The notes below the pieces were generated by a model. That model had not been told where the DNA came from, did no database searches, and saw nothing but the letters and a program-made list of their open reading frames with translations. Of a DNA stretch of 64,000 bases, positions 9,336-18,197 are shown in pieces; the first letter of the stretch is position 1; each line of letters starts with the position of its first letter. This stretch comes from an uncultured Chloroflexia bacterium (GTDB lineage: Bacteria > Chloroflexota > Limnocylindria > Limnocylindrales > CSP1-4): assembly GCA_963813705.1 (NCBI GenBank), contig CAWFAH010000009.1:9085-73084 (forward strand). The letters run 5' to 3'. The position numbers and the translations under genes are program-made.

Positions 9336-12300
9336 ATGTCAGGCCGCGTCTCCAGCCCTGTCTTCGTGGGACGTCGTGCGGAACTCGCGGAGCTCGAGGG
9401 CGCCGTTGGGGCGGCCGCCGCCGGGCAACCGTCGGTGGTCCTGGTCGACGGCGAGGCGGGGATCGGCAAGAGCCGGCTGATCGCCGAGCTCGTCGCCCGG
9501 GTCCGGGAGGCGCCTCAGGCAGGCCTGGGCGAATCCATTCCGCCGGGCCCCGCGCTCGTCCTGGCCGGCGGCTGCGTCCCGCTCGGGGAGACTGGCCTGC
9601 CGTTCGGCCCGATCGTCGAGGTCCTGCGCGCGCTCGTCGGCCAGGTTCCGAGAGCGGAGCTCCAGGACGCCCTCGGGCCGTCGGCGACCGAGCTGGCCCG
9701 GCTGGTCCCCGAGTTGTCGGACCGACCCGAGCCGGAGCTCTCGACATTCCCCTCGGGCAACTGGGTCCAGGGCCGGATCTTCGAAGGCTTCCTCGGTCTG
9801 CTCAGCCGGCTCGGCGAATCGGCCCCGGTCCTGCTCGTGGTCGAGGACATCCACTGGGCCGATCCGTCGACCCGGGACCTGCTCGCGTTCCTCGCGCGCA
9901 ACCTGCGGACGGAGCGATTGGCGATCGTCGCCACGATCCGGACCGATGATCTCCAGCGCGGCCACCCGCTCCTGGCCTGGCTGGGCGAGACGGAGCGACT
10001 GCCGCGAGTGAAACGGCTCGCCCTGCCCCGGTTCGACCGCGCCGAGGTCGTGTCCCAGCTCGAGGCGATCCTCGGCGTCCCGCCGACGCCGGGTCTCGTC
10101 GAATTGGTGCTCGGTCGGTCGGACGGCAATCCGTTTTTCGCCGAGGAGATCGTCGCGGCCGGTGGCGAAGCAGCCGGCGACCGCCTGCCGAGCACGCTGC
10201 GTGACGTCGTGCTCGTCCGGGTCGCCGGCCTCTCGCCGGCCGGACGGTCGGTCCTCGACGCCGCCGCGACTGCCGGCCGGCGGATCGATCCGGACCTCCT
10301 GGCCGAGGTCGCGTCGATGACCGAGCCCCAGGTGGAAGCCGCGGTGCACGAGGCCATCGCCGCGTGGCTCCTCGTGGTCGAGTCGGACCCGGCCGGCGAG
10401 CGCTACGCGTTCCGCCATGCCCTCGTCCAGGAGGCGGTCTATGCCGAGCTGCTCCCGAGCCAACGGCGCCGGCTCCACGTCGCGCTGGCCAACGCGCTCG
10501 AGGCGCGCGGACCGACGAGCGACGGCGGCGGCGCGAGCCGGATGGCCGAGCTGGCGTACCACTGGACCATGGCCGGCGACCGCCCTCGAGCGCTCGTGGC
10601 GTCCCTGGCCGCCGCCCGTGGCGCCGCCGCCGAGCACGCGTTCGCCGACGCCGCCCGCCATTTCGAGCAGGCGATCGAGCTGTGGGACCAGGTCCCCGAC
10701 GCCGCGGGGCTGGTCGGTTCGGACCTGTCGGCCGTCCTCTACGACGCGTCCTGGACGATGGGCGTCTCCGGTCATCCGTCGCAGGCGCTCGCACTCGCCC
10801 GCCGGGGCGTCGAACGGTTCGACGCCGCGGCCGATCCGGAGCGCGCGGCGATGCTCGACGAGCGTCTGGCGTGGGCCGCGACCGAGTTCGGCGACGTTGC
10901 CCTGGCGACGGAGCTGCTGACCTCGGCCCTCGATCGGTTCGGATCCGCCCCACCGACACGGGCCCAGGTCGTCGTCCTGACGTGCTACGCCCGGAACGTC
11001 TACATCCGCGGCCTGGACGGCGCCATTCCCGCGGCGGAGCGAGCGCTCACAGCCGCCCGGATGGTCGACGTGCCGTTCGCCGAGGCCGACGCGATGGTCA
11101 CCCTGGCGGGCGGGCTCCGCGACGTCGGCGACCCGGGCGCGGCGATCGGGCATCTCCACGCGGCGATCGCCATCGCCGAGTCGATCGGCGACGTCTGGGA
11201 GCTCGGGCGCGCCTACGACCACCTCGCCGGGGCCCTCCGCGAGCAGGGTGACGTCGAGGGCGCCATCGAGGTCGCCGCGGCGGGCTTCCGGCGCGCCCGG
11301 GAGTCGGGGGTCCGGTCGTTCGGTCCGAAGTTCGTCCTCGACCACGCCTGGATGCTCATCACCCTCGGCCGCTGGATCGAGGCGGACGAGGCCCTCGACG
11401 AGGCGGTGATGCTCGGACCCGAGGGCATCATGCGCCTGCTCTACTGCGCGACGGCCGGCTGGCTGGCGACGCTCCGTGGTGACTTCCCGGCCGCCCATCG
11501 CCTGATGGACGAGGGGCGAGCGCTTCGGGCGGAGCTGCGGGACCCTCGCTGGGGCACCTGGCTGCACCTGGGCTGTGCCCAGCTGGAGCTCCTGGAAGAT
11601 CGCCCCGAGGCCGCCCGTCGGGAGGTGGACGAGGGTCTGCTCAGCGAGCCCCGCTACCAGGAGCTGACGATCGCGGGCCGGGTCGGGATGGAGGCTGAAG
11701 CCGATCTCGCCGAGCTCGGCCGGGCGCGACGACACGAGGCCGAGGTGGAGGAGGCGAAGGCGCGAGCGGAGGCGCTCCTTGCCCGGACGCAGGCGGTCAT
11801 GACCAGCTTCCCAGAGCCGTCATCGCCGACCGTCCGCTGGCTCGAGGCCGACCTCACGACCGCCGAGGCCGAGCTAACCCGGGTCGAGGGCCGGTCCGAT
11901 GCGGCCGCGTGGTCCGCCGTGTCCGGGCGATGGACCGCGCTGCACCAGCCGTACGAAGCCGCCTATGCCGAGTACCGGGCGGGCGAGGCGCTCCTCGCGG
12001 GGGGTCATCATCGTGCCGCGGCGGAGGCCGAGCTGCGGTCCGCCCACGACGTCGCGGCGCGGCTTGGGGCTCGGCCGCTCCAGGCACGGATCGAGGCGCT
12101 GGCCCGTCGCGGCCGGGTCGAGCTCGCTGCGGCGGGGGAGGGGATCGCCGCGGCCGAGGCCTCCTCGGTCGGCGCCGCGTCGTCGCCGAGCGCCGGCGCC
12201 GCAGCCGGCGCATCCGGCACTCAGCCGGTCGAGGCCCCGGATTCGTTCGGGCTCACCGTCCGCGAACGCGAGGTCCTCGCGTTGCTGGCCGAGGGCCGGA

Positions 12301-12440
12301 CGAACCGCCAGATCGGCGACGCGTTGTTCATCAGCGCCAGCACCGCTGGGGTCCACGTCTCGAACATCCTGGCCAAGCTCGACGTGTCCAGCCGAACCGA
12401 GGCGGCGGCGGTCGCCGTCCGGCTTGGCCTGGCGACCTGA
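9336..12440 (+). CDS. Large ATP-binding LuxR-family regulator (LAL/MalT-like: AAA ATPase, TPR-like region, LuxR HTH)
   Basis: P-loop GEAGIGKSRL near the N-terminus, then a long helical repeat region. C-terminal LuxR HTH (LTVREREVLALLAEGRTNRQIGDALFISASTAGVHVSNILAKL). Confidence 0.85.
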   Translation: MSGRVSSPVFVGRRAELAELEGAVGAAAAGQPSVVLVDGEAGIGKSRLIAELVARVREAPQAGLGESIPPGPALVLAGGCVPLGETGLPFGPIVEVLRALVGQVPRAELQDALGPSATELARLVPELSDRPEPELSTFPSGNWVQGRIFEGFLGLLSRLGESAPVLLVVEDIHWADPSTRDLLAFLARNLRTERLAIVATIRTDDLQRGHPLLAWLGETERLPRVKRLALPRFDRAEVVSQLEAILGVPPTPGLVELVLGRSDGNPFFAEEIVAAGGEAAGDRLPSTLRDVVLVRVAGLSPAGRSVLDAAATAGRRIDPDLLAEVASMTEPQVEAAVHEAIAAWLLVVESDPAGERYAFRHALVQEAVYAELLPSQRRRLHVALANALEARGPTSDGGGASRMAELAYHWTMAGDRPRALVASLAAARGAAAEHAFADAARHFEQAIELWDQVPDAAGLVGSDLSAVLYDASWTMGVSGHPSQALALARRGVERFDAAADPERAAMLDERLAWAATEFGDVALATELLTSALDRFGSAPPTRAQVVVLTCYARNVYIRGLDGAIPAAERALTAARMVDVPFAEADAMVTLAGGLRDVGDPGAAIGHLHAAIAIAESIGDVWELGRAYDHLAGALREQGDVEGAIEVAAAGFRRARESGVRSFGPKFVLDHAWMLITLGRWIEADEALDEAVMLGPEGIMRLLYCATAGWLATLRGDFPAAHRLMDEGRALRAELRDPRWGTWLHLGCAQLELLEDRPEAARREVDEGLLSEPRYQELTIAGRVGMEAEADLAELGRARRHEAEVEEAKARAEALLARTQAVMTSFPEPSSPTVRWLEADLTTAEAELTRVEGRSDAAAWSAVSGRWTALHQPYEAAYAEYRAGEALLAGGHHRAAAEAELRSAHDVAARLGARPLQARIEALARRGRVELAAAGEGIAAAEASSVGAASSPSAGAAAGASGTQPVEAPDSFGLTVREREVLALLAEGRTNRQIGDALFISASTAGVHVSNILAKLDVSSRTEAAAVAVRLGLAT

Positions 12441-12533
12441 TCGGGCCACGTAGCGCCCATCCGCGATGTGGCTCGGCGATCGGAAAGTCGCCGCTCCCCG
12501 CCGCGTTTACGGGGCGCTGGGAATGCGGTTCTA

Positions 12534-13079
12534 TCAGGCGATGACCGCCGGGACTGGAGCCAGCACCGCGGCGATCGAATGCGCCCAGCCTTCGATCGCG
12601 GGCCAGTCGCGGAAGTCGCCGGCGGGCATGGTGTCCGACGGCGCCAGCCTGGCGCCGCGCTCGCGCAGCCCGATCGGCGGGCTCGTGGGGTCGTAGGCGC
12701 CGAAGAAGGCCCGGTGCTCGCGCGGGTGGATCGTCCGCTCGAACTCCGCGAGCTCGCCCGGCACGGTGATGGCCAGGACGTCGCGCCCCTCGGCGTCGAC
12801 GTTCGCGGTGCCCAGGGGCCCGCTGCTGAACAGCCACACCGGCCGCGTGGCCAAAAGGTCCCGGTGGCGCTTGACGAACTTCGTGGCCTCCCCGAGCCAG
12901 CCGCAGTAGAAGGCGCTGCCGATGACAAAGGCGTCGTAGCCGCGCGGATCGCCGGCTTCGCCGACGGCCCGCACGGTCGCCTCGAGCCCGGCCGCCTGGA
13001 GGGTCGACCCGATCCGCTCGGCGATCCCGCGGGTCGCCCCGTGATGTGTCGCGTAGGTGACGAGAACGTGGGTCGTCAT
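12534..13079 (-). CDS. Flavodoxin-like domain protein
   Basis: N-terminus VLVTYATHHGATRGIAERI and the FVIGSAFY pattern are typical of flavodoxin-fold (HemG/Flavodoxin_5-like) proteins. Confidence 0.7.
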   Translation of the reverse strand: MTTHVLVTYATHHGATRGIAERIGSTLQAAGLEATVRAVGEAGDPRGYDAFVIGSAFYCGWLGEATKFVKRHRDLLATRPVWLFSSGPLGTANVDAEGRDVLAITVPGELAEFERTIHPREHRAFFGAYDPTSPPIGLRERGARLAPSDTMPAGDFRDWPAIEGWAHSIAAVLAPVPAVIA

Positions 13080-13273
13080 GGGAAGCCTCCCGCGTAAGCG
13101 TGATCCGGCGGCAGGGTCGGGATCGCGGGCATCAAGCGACTGGGGCGGTCACCGTGGACCTACCCGAGGTCGGCACCCGCCGCGTCGCCTATCGTGGTCC
13201 GGTCAGCGGTCCACTGGAAGGGCCGTTGCGCCCAAATCCCGCCGGGTCGATCGCCAGCCAGGAGGCCGAACCC

Positions 13274-14035
13274 ATGATCACCCTCCGTCCGCGCGCGTCG
13301 CTCCATCACGTCGAGGGCGGCTGGTTCAGCGCCAACTGGCACTTCAGCTTCGACACGTACGACGACCCGGACAACACCTGGTTCGGCGACTTGCGCGTGT
13401 TCAACGACGACCGCCTGATCCCGGGCGCGATCTGGCCGATGCACCCGCATCGCGACATCGAGGGGATCACCTACGTCGCCGAGGGCATGTTCGAGCACCG
13501 CGACAGCCGCGGGAACGGCGGGATCCTGCCGCCGGGCTCGGTCCAGCGGGCGACCCTCGGCTCGGGAATGCAGCACTCCGAGGGCAACAACTCGCAGACC
13601 GAGTCGATGCGCTTCATCCAGATGTGGATCATCCCGGCTCAGCGCGGGCTCGAGCCGTCCGTCGAGCAGCACAGCTTCGGCGATGCGGAGCGCCGGGGCG
13701 GCTGGCTGCCGGTCCTCGTGCCGGCATCCGGCTTCGGCGCCCCCGACGCCCCGACGAACGCCGACGCGGTCACGGTCCACCAGGACGCGGCGGTCTACGC
13801 GACGCTCCTCGGGCCGGGGGAGCGAACGGGACACCAGTTCCGCGACGGGTTCCAGGGCTACCTGTTCGTGGTCCACGGATCGGCGAGCGTCGACGCGGCC
13901 GCGGGCCGGGCGCCGGCCGGCGAGCTCGACGAGGGTGGCGCCGCGAAGGTGACCGGCGAGACGGCGCTCACGGTTCGCGCCGGTGACGCCGGCGCCGAGC
14001 TCCTGCTGGTCGAGACGCGCGCGATCGAGCGTTAG
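13274..14035 (+). CDS. Pirin family protein
   Basis: Pirin metal-site region PMHPHRDIEGITYVAEG and cupin-like blocks. GGAGG RBS lies before the ATG at 13274; the upstream part of the track ORF looks non-coding. Confidence 0.85.
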   Translation: MITLRPRASLHHVEGGWFSANWHFSFDTYDDPDNTWFGDLRVFNDDRLIPGAIWPMHPHRDIEGITYVAEGMFEHRDSRGNGGILPPGSVQRATLGSGMQHSEGNNSQTESMRFIQMWIIPAQRGLEPSVEQHSFGDAERRGGWLPVLVPASGFGAPDAPTNADAVTVHQDAAVYATLLGPGERTGHQFRDGFQGYLFVVHGSASVDAAAGRAPAGELDEGGAAKVTGETALTVRAGDAGAELLLVETRAIER

Positions 14036-14270
14036 GCTGCGGCAACCCAGGCCGGTCGAGGGCGGCGCCGAGGGGGTTGAGTTCCCGGCGGGCTCGGGAC
14101 GGGTCGCGAGGCGGGTCGTGAGCGGGTCGCCGGCCACCACCTGGGCGACGCGATTTTCACCCCCTGAACACGTCGGCATGTCTTGGCGTCGGGCGGGCCA
14201 ACCCCGGCACCTCCTGTTCGCCAGGTGAACGGTTCGCGACTCAGGGAGGCCCAGGCCAGCCGCGAGGCCA

Positions 14271-14325
14271 TCAGTTCGTGCTCAGTTCGTGCTCAGTTCG
14301 CGCTCAGTTCGTGCTCAGGGCGTGG
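14271..14325. repeat. 11-bp tandem repeat, about 5 copies, in a convergent intergenic region
   Basis: TCAGTTCGTGC x2, TCAGTTCGCGC, TCAGTTCGTGC, then a degenerate TCAGGGCGTGG. It lies between the pirin and DyP gene ends. Confidence 0.85.
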
Positions 14326-14407
14326 ATCGGCAGTCGCCGAAGCTTCCGACGTATGCATCCGATGAACGGGACGCAGCTCGTTTGCACGGGATGAACGGCC
14401 GTTGCCG

Positions 14408-15307
14408 TCACGGTGCCGGCGCCGCCGCGCCGACCCCGGCCAGGTCCTCGGCCGACGGGATGAAGTAGTACGCGCCGGTCAGCGGCCGGGTGAAGCGGGT
14501 CAGCTCGTCGCGCGGGCCGCCCCCGCGGCCGGCCATGCTGTCGAGCATCGCGGCGAGGATCCGCTGCTCGGAGCAGAAGCCCACGAAGATCGTCCCGTGC
14601 CGGTCCACCGATCCATACGCGATGTTGCGCCGGAAGATCTTCCCGAAGCGGTCCTGGTCGGTCGAGCTGACGTGCGACGCCGGCGGCCGCGGGTCGAGCT
14701 CGGCGCTGTCCGCGCGCCGTCGCCCGATGACCGCCTCCTGGGCGTCGACGGCCAATCCCTCCCACGCCGCGGCGTCGTGCTCCCACTGCTGGAGCAGGAG
14801 GACGGAGCCGCCCTCGCCGGGCGCCCCGGCCGGGACGAGCGCGACGGTCGCCGCCTCGACGAGCGTCGGGTTCTCCGTCCCGTCGATGAAGCCGGTGAGG
14901 TCGAGGTCGTGGTGGTACGGCCAGCCGACCATCTCGTGGGCCAGCCGGACGTCCCCGCCGAGCGCGGTCAGGACGCTCCGCGACAGGTCGAAGATCACGT
15001 CGTAGCCCGCGCCGGTCAGCCAGATGACCACGTCGTGCTGCGTCGCCGGGAGCGTGTAGCCGTCCGCCCCGTCGACCGGTGCGTTGAAGCCGGTCAGCCC
15101 GGCTGGGCTGCGACCGGGCGCGACGGTCGCCCACAGCTCGGGCCGGAAGCCGGCCACGATGTTGACCCCGCCGATCGTCGTTCGCGGCTCACGCAGGCCG
15201 CTCACCCGGGCGACCGCGGCGGCCGGGTCGGCGCCGGGCGCGAGGTCCAGCTCGAGATAGCCATGCGAGGCCGTGCCGAGCGCGAAGATCCCGGTCTGCG
15301 GGGTCAA
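14408..15307 (-). CDS. Dye-decolorizing (DyP-type) peroxidase
   Basis: DyP GXXDG motif (GFIDGTENP) and conserved blocks (FALGTASHGYLELDL, FRRNIAYG). The proposed TTG start at 15307 overlaps the upstream stop (TTGA). Confidence 0.85.
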   Translation of the reverse strand: MTPQTGIFALGTASHGYLELDLAPGADPAAAVARVSGLREPRTTIGGVNIVAGFRPELWATVAPGRSPAGLTGFNAPVDGADGYTLPATQHDVVIWLTGAGYDVIFDLSRSVLTALGGDVRLAHEMVGWPYHHDLDLTGFIDGTENPTLVEAATVALVPAGAPGEGGSVLLLQQWEHDAAAWEGLAVDAQEAVIGRRRADSAELDPRPPASHVSSTDQDRFGKIFRRNIAYGSVDRHGTIFVGFCSEQRILAAMLDSMAGRGGGPRDELTRFTRPLTGAYYFIPSAEDLAGVGAAAPAP

Positions 15308-15660
15308 TGAAGCTGCGTCTGCCAGTCGGGCGGCACCCGGCCGGCCGGGCCGGGTGCGGGCTGGTCGAGCGGGTGGTGGTGCGGTGGCGCAAGCTCCGTC
15401 CCCTCGACCTCCTCGTCGAGGACGAAGTCGTAGAACCACGCCTCGCCGGGCTCGAAGCTCTGGACGACGGGATGCCCGATCTCGATGGCGTGGCGCTGGG
15501 CGTGCTGCGACGGCGAGGAGTCGCAGCAGCCGACATGGCCGCACTGGGCGCAGCGCCGGAGATGGAACCACCAGCCGCCGGATGCCAGGCACTCGACGCA
15601 GCCGGGGCCGCTCGGCGGGATGGAGGGATCGATCGCGTCGTCGTCGGTCATGGCGGTCAT
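15304..15660 (-). CDS. UBP-type zinc-finger domain protein
   Basis: Cys/His pattern CVECLASGGWWFHLRRCAQCGHVGCCDSSPSQHAQRH is typical of zf-UBP. Start at 15660 or 15651. Confidence 0.7.
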   Translation of the reverse strand: MTAMTDDDAIDPSIPPSGPGCVECLASGGWWFHLRRCAQCGHVGCCDSSPSQHAQRHAIEIGHPVVQSFEPGEAWFYDFVLDEEVEGTELAPPHHHPLDQPAPGPAGRVPPDWQTQLH

Positions 15661-15696
15661 CTTACGATCCGCGCAACCGTGCGCGGGCGCGTTGGG

Positions 15697-15726
15697 AACC
15701 GCCGTTTCACCCGAACCGGTGGATGC
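15697..15726 (+). promoter_or_regulatory. Conserved 30-nt upstream element, copy A (upstream of arylsulfatase 1)
   Basis: AACCGCCGTTTCACCCGAACCGGTGGATGC matches 28160-28190 at about 27 of 30 positions. It lies about 55 nt upstream of the sulfatase ATG. Confidence 0.45.
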
Positions 15727-15781
15727 GGGGCCACGGTCCCGCGGCCATGCTTTCCGCCACGCCGCACTGGGAGTCTCGCCA

Positions 15782-18139
15782 ATGAGCACGACGTTCACGG
15801 GCACGATCAACGTCGACATCCGGGACTCGAAGCCCGACTGGACGCCGTTCGAGCCGCCGAAGGCGCCCGACGGCGCGCCCAGCGTCGTGTACATCGTGCT
15901 TGACGACGTCGGGTTCTCGGCGATGAGCTGCTACGGCGGCCCGATCGAGACCCCGAACATCGACAAGATCGCGGCCGACGGCGTGCGCTACACCCAGTGG
16001 CATACGACGGCTCTGTGCTCGCCGACCCGATCGTGCCTGCTGACCGGCCGCAACCACACCCGCAACAGCATGGCCTGCATCACCGAGGCCGCGATCGGCT
16101 TCCCGAACGCCAGCGGCACGGTCCCGCCCGAGAACGGGATGCTGTCCGAGATCCTCGGCGAGCGCGGCTGGAACACCTACATGGTCGGCAAGTGGCACCT
16201 CTGCCCCGACGACGAGATGAACCTGGCCTCGACCCGGCGGAACTGGCCGAGCGGTCGAGGGTTCGAGCGCTGGTACGGATTCCTCGGCGCCGAGACGAGC
16301 CAGTGGTACCCGGACCTCGTCTACGACAACCACCTCGTGGACCAGCCGAAGACTCCCGAAGACGGCTACCACCTCACCGAGGACATCACCGACAAGGCCA
16401 TCGAGTTCATCATGGACGCGAAGGCGGTCGCCCCGGAGAAGCCGTTCTTCCTCTACTACGCCCCCGGTGCCTGCCACGCACCCCACCACGCCCCGAAGGC
16501 GTGGATCGACAAGTTCAAGGGCCGCTTCGACCTGGGCTACGAGGCGATGCGCGAGCAGACCCTGGCCCGCCAGATGAAGCTCGGGCTCGTCCCGAAGGAC
16601 ACGGAGCTCCCGCCGATCAACCCGATCGGCACCACCGAGACGCGGAGCGGCCCCGACGGCAAGCCGTTCCCCCCGGTCGACGTGACGCGGCCGTGGGCCT
16701 CGCTCTCGGATGACGAGAAGCGCATGTTCAGCCGCATGGCCGAGGTCTACGCGGGGTTCCTGGCCCACGCGGATGACCAGATCGGCCGCCTGCTCGGCTT
16801 CCTCGAGGAGTACGGCTGGCGCGAGAACACGATCGTCGTGCTCGTGTCCGACAACGGCGCCTCCGGCGAGGGCGGCCCGAACGGCTCGGTCAACGAGATG
16901 AAGTTCATGCAGGGCATCCCCGACACGGTCGAGGCCAACATGCCGCTCCTCGACGACCTCGGCAGCCCGAAGACCTACAACCACTACCCGAACGGCTGGG
17001 CGATGGCCTTCAACACGCCGTTCAAGATGTGGAAGCGCTACGAGTTCAACGGCGGCACGAGCGACCCGTGCATCGTCTCGTGGCCGGCCGGGATGAAGGC
17101 GAAGGGCGAAGTCCGCGAGCAGTACCACCACGCGGTCGATCTCGTCCCGACGATCCTGGACGCCCTCGGCGTCCAGCCGCCGGCGCAGCTGAAAGGCCAC
17201 GTTCAGAGCCCGTTCGACGGCGTCAGCATGCGCTACAGCTTCGACGACGACGCCGCCCCGACGGCGCGCCGGACGCAGTTCTACGCGATGCTCGGCTCGC
17301 GGGCGATCTGGCACGACGGCTGGAAGGCGGTCACCAACCATCCGACGGTCGCCGGCTGGAGCCACTTCAACGACGACGAGTGGGAGCTCTACCACACCGA
17401 GGTCGACCGGGCCGAGCTGCACAATCTCGCGAACGAGAACGGGGACAAGGTCCGCGAGCTCCAGAACCTCTGGTTCGCCGAGGCGGGCAGGAACGGAGCG
17501 TTCCCGCTCGACGATCGGTCGCCGCTCGAAATCCTGCTCACGCCGCGGCCAGTGCTTTCGCCACCCAGGAATCGCTACGTGTACTTCCCGGGCACGGCCG
17601 AGGTGCCCGAATCGCAGGCGGTCAACGTACGCAACCGGTCCTTCGCGATCGGAGCGCTCGTCGACATCCCGTCGCCTGGAGCGCAGGGCGTCCTGTTCGC
17701 GCATGGCTCGCCGTTCGGCGGTCATGCGCTGTACGTCAAGGACAACCGGCTTCACTACGTCTACAACTTCGTCGGCATGAGCGAGGCGCGCGTGGTGGCG
17801 ACCGCCGACGTCCCGACCGGCACGAACCTCATCCTGTCGGCCTCGTTCGACAAGCAGGGAGAGGACCCGCCCGGCGTCGCGGTCGGCGTCCTGAGCCTGT
17901 GGCACGGCGACACGAAGGTCGGCGAGGGCAAGATCAAGACCCAGCCGGGCAAGTTCATGATCGCCGGCGAGGGCCTGTGCATCGGCCGCGACGGCGGCGC
18001 CGGCGTGACGACCGACTACCCGGGCGAGCTGCCCTGGGCGTTCAGCGGCGGCACGATCCGCCGCGTCGCCGTCGACGTGAGTGGCGAACCGTATGTCGAC
18101 CTCGAGCGCGAGGCCGCCGCGATGCTGATGCGCGAGTAG
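15782..18139 (+). CDS. Arylsulfatase (Cys-type, formylglycine-dependent)
   Basis: Sulfatase signature CSPTRSCLLTGRNH, N-terminal VYIVLDDVGF block, and LVSDNGASGEGG. Confidence 0.9.
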   Translation: MSTTFTGTINVDIRDSKPDWTPFEPPKAPDGAPSVVYIVLDDVGFSAMSCYGGPIETPNIDKIAADGVRYTQWHTTALCSPTRSCLLTGRNHTRNSMACITEAAIGFPNASGTVPPENGMLSEILGERGWNTYMVGKWHLCPDDEMNLASTRRNWPSGRGFERWYGFLGAETSQWYPDLVYDNHLVDQPKTPEDGYHLTEDITDKAIEFIMDAKAVAPEKPFFLYYAPGACHAPHHAPKAWIDKFKGRFDLGYEAMREQTLARQMKLGLVPKDTELPPINPIGTTETRSGPDGKPFPPVDVTRPWASLSDDEKRMFSRMAEVYAGFLAHADDQIGRLLGFLEEYGWRENTIVVLVSDNGASGEGGPNGSVNEMKFMQGIPDTVEANMPLLDDLGSPKTYNHYPNGWAMAFNTPFKMWKRYEFNGGTSDPCIVSWPAGMKAKGEVREQYHHAVDLVPTILDALGVQPPAQLKGHVQSPFDGVSMRYSFDDDAAPTARRTQFYAMLGSRAIWHDGWKAVTNHPTVAGWSHFNDDEWELYHTEVDRAELHNLANENGDKVRELQNLWFAEAGRNGAFPLDDRSPLEILLTPRPVLSPPRNRYVYFPGTAEVPESQAVNVRNRSFAIGALVDIPSPGAQGVLFAHGSPFGGHALYVKDNRLHYVYNFVGMSEARVVATADVPTGTNLILSASFDKQGEDPPGVAVGVLSLWHGDTKVGEGKIKTQPGKFMIAGEGLCIGRDGGAGVTTDYPGELPWAFSGGTIRRVAVDVSGEPYVDLEREAAAMLMRE

Positions 18140-18197
18140 GCGCGGAGTCGCCAACGCCGGACGAATCCGCGCCGACCGACGGAAGGGGTCGGAAGCC

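Noticed and set aside
14153-14180. A third copy of the TTTCACCC upstream element.
   Set aside because: Only the first about 12 nt match. It lies in a convergent 3-prime intergenic region, not upstream of a gene. It is mentioned only as a weak relative.
14408-15307. DyP as encapsulin cargo.
   Set aside because: No encapsulin shell gene is adjacent. The DyP C-terminus (...SAEDLAGVGAAAPAP) does not resemble the Gly/Ser/Leu-rich cargo-loading peptides I know of.
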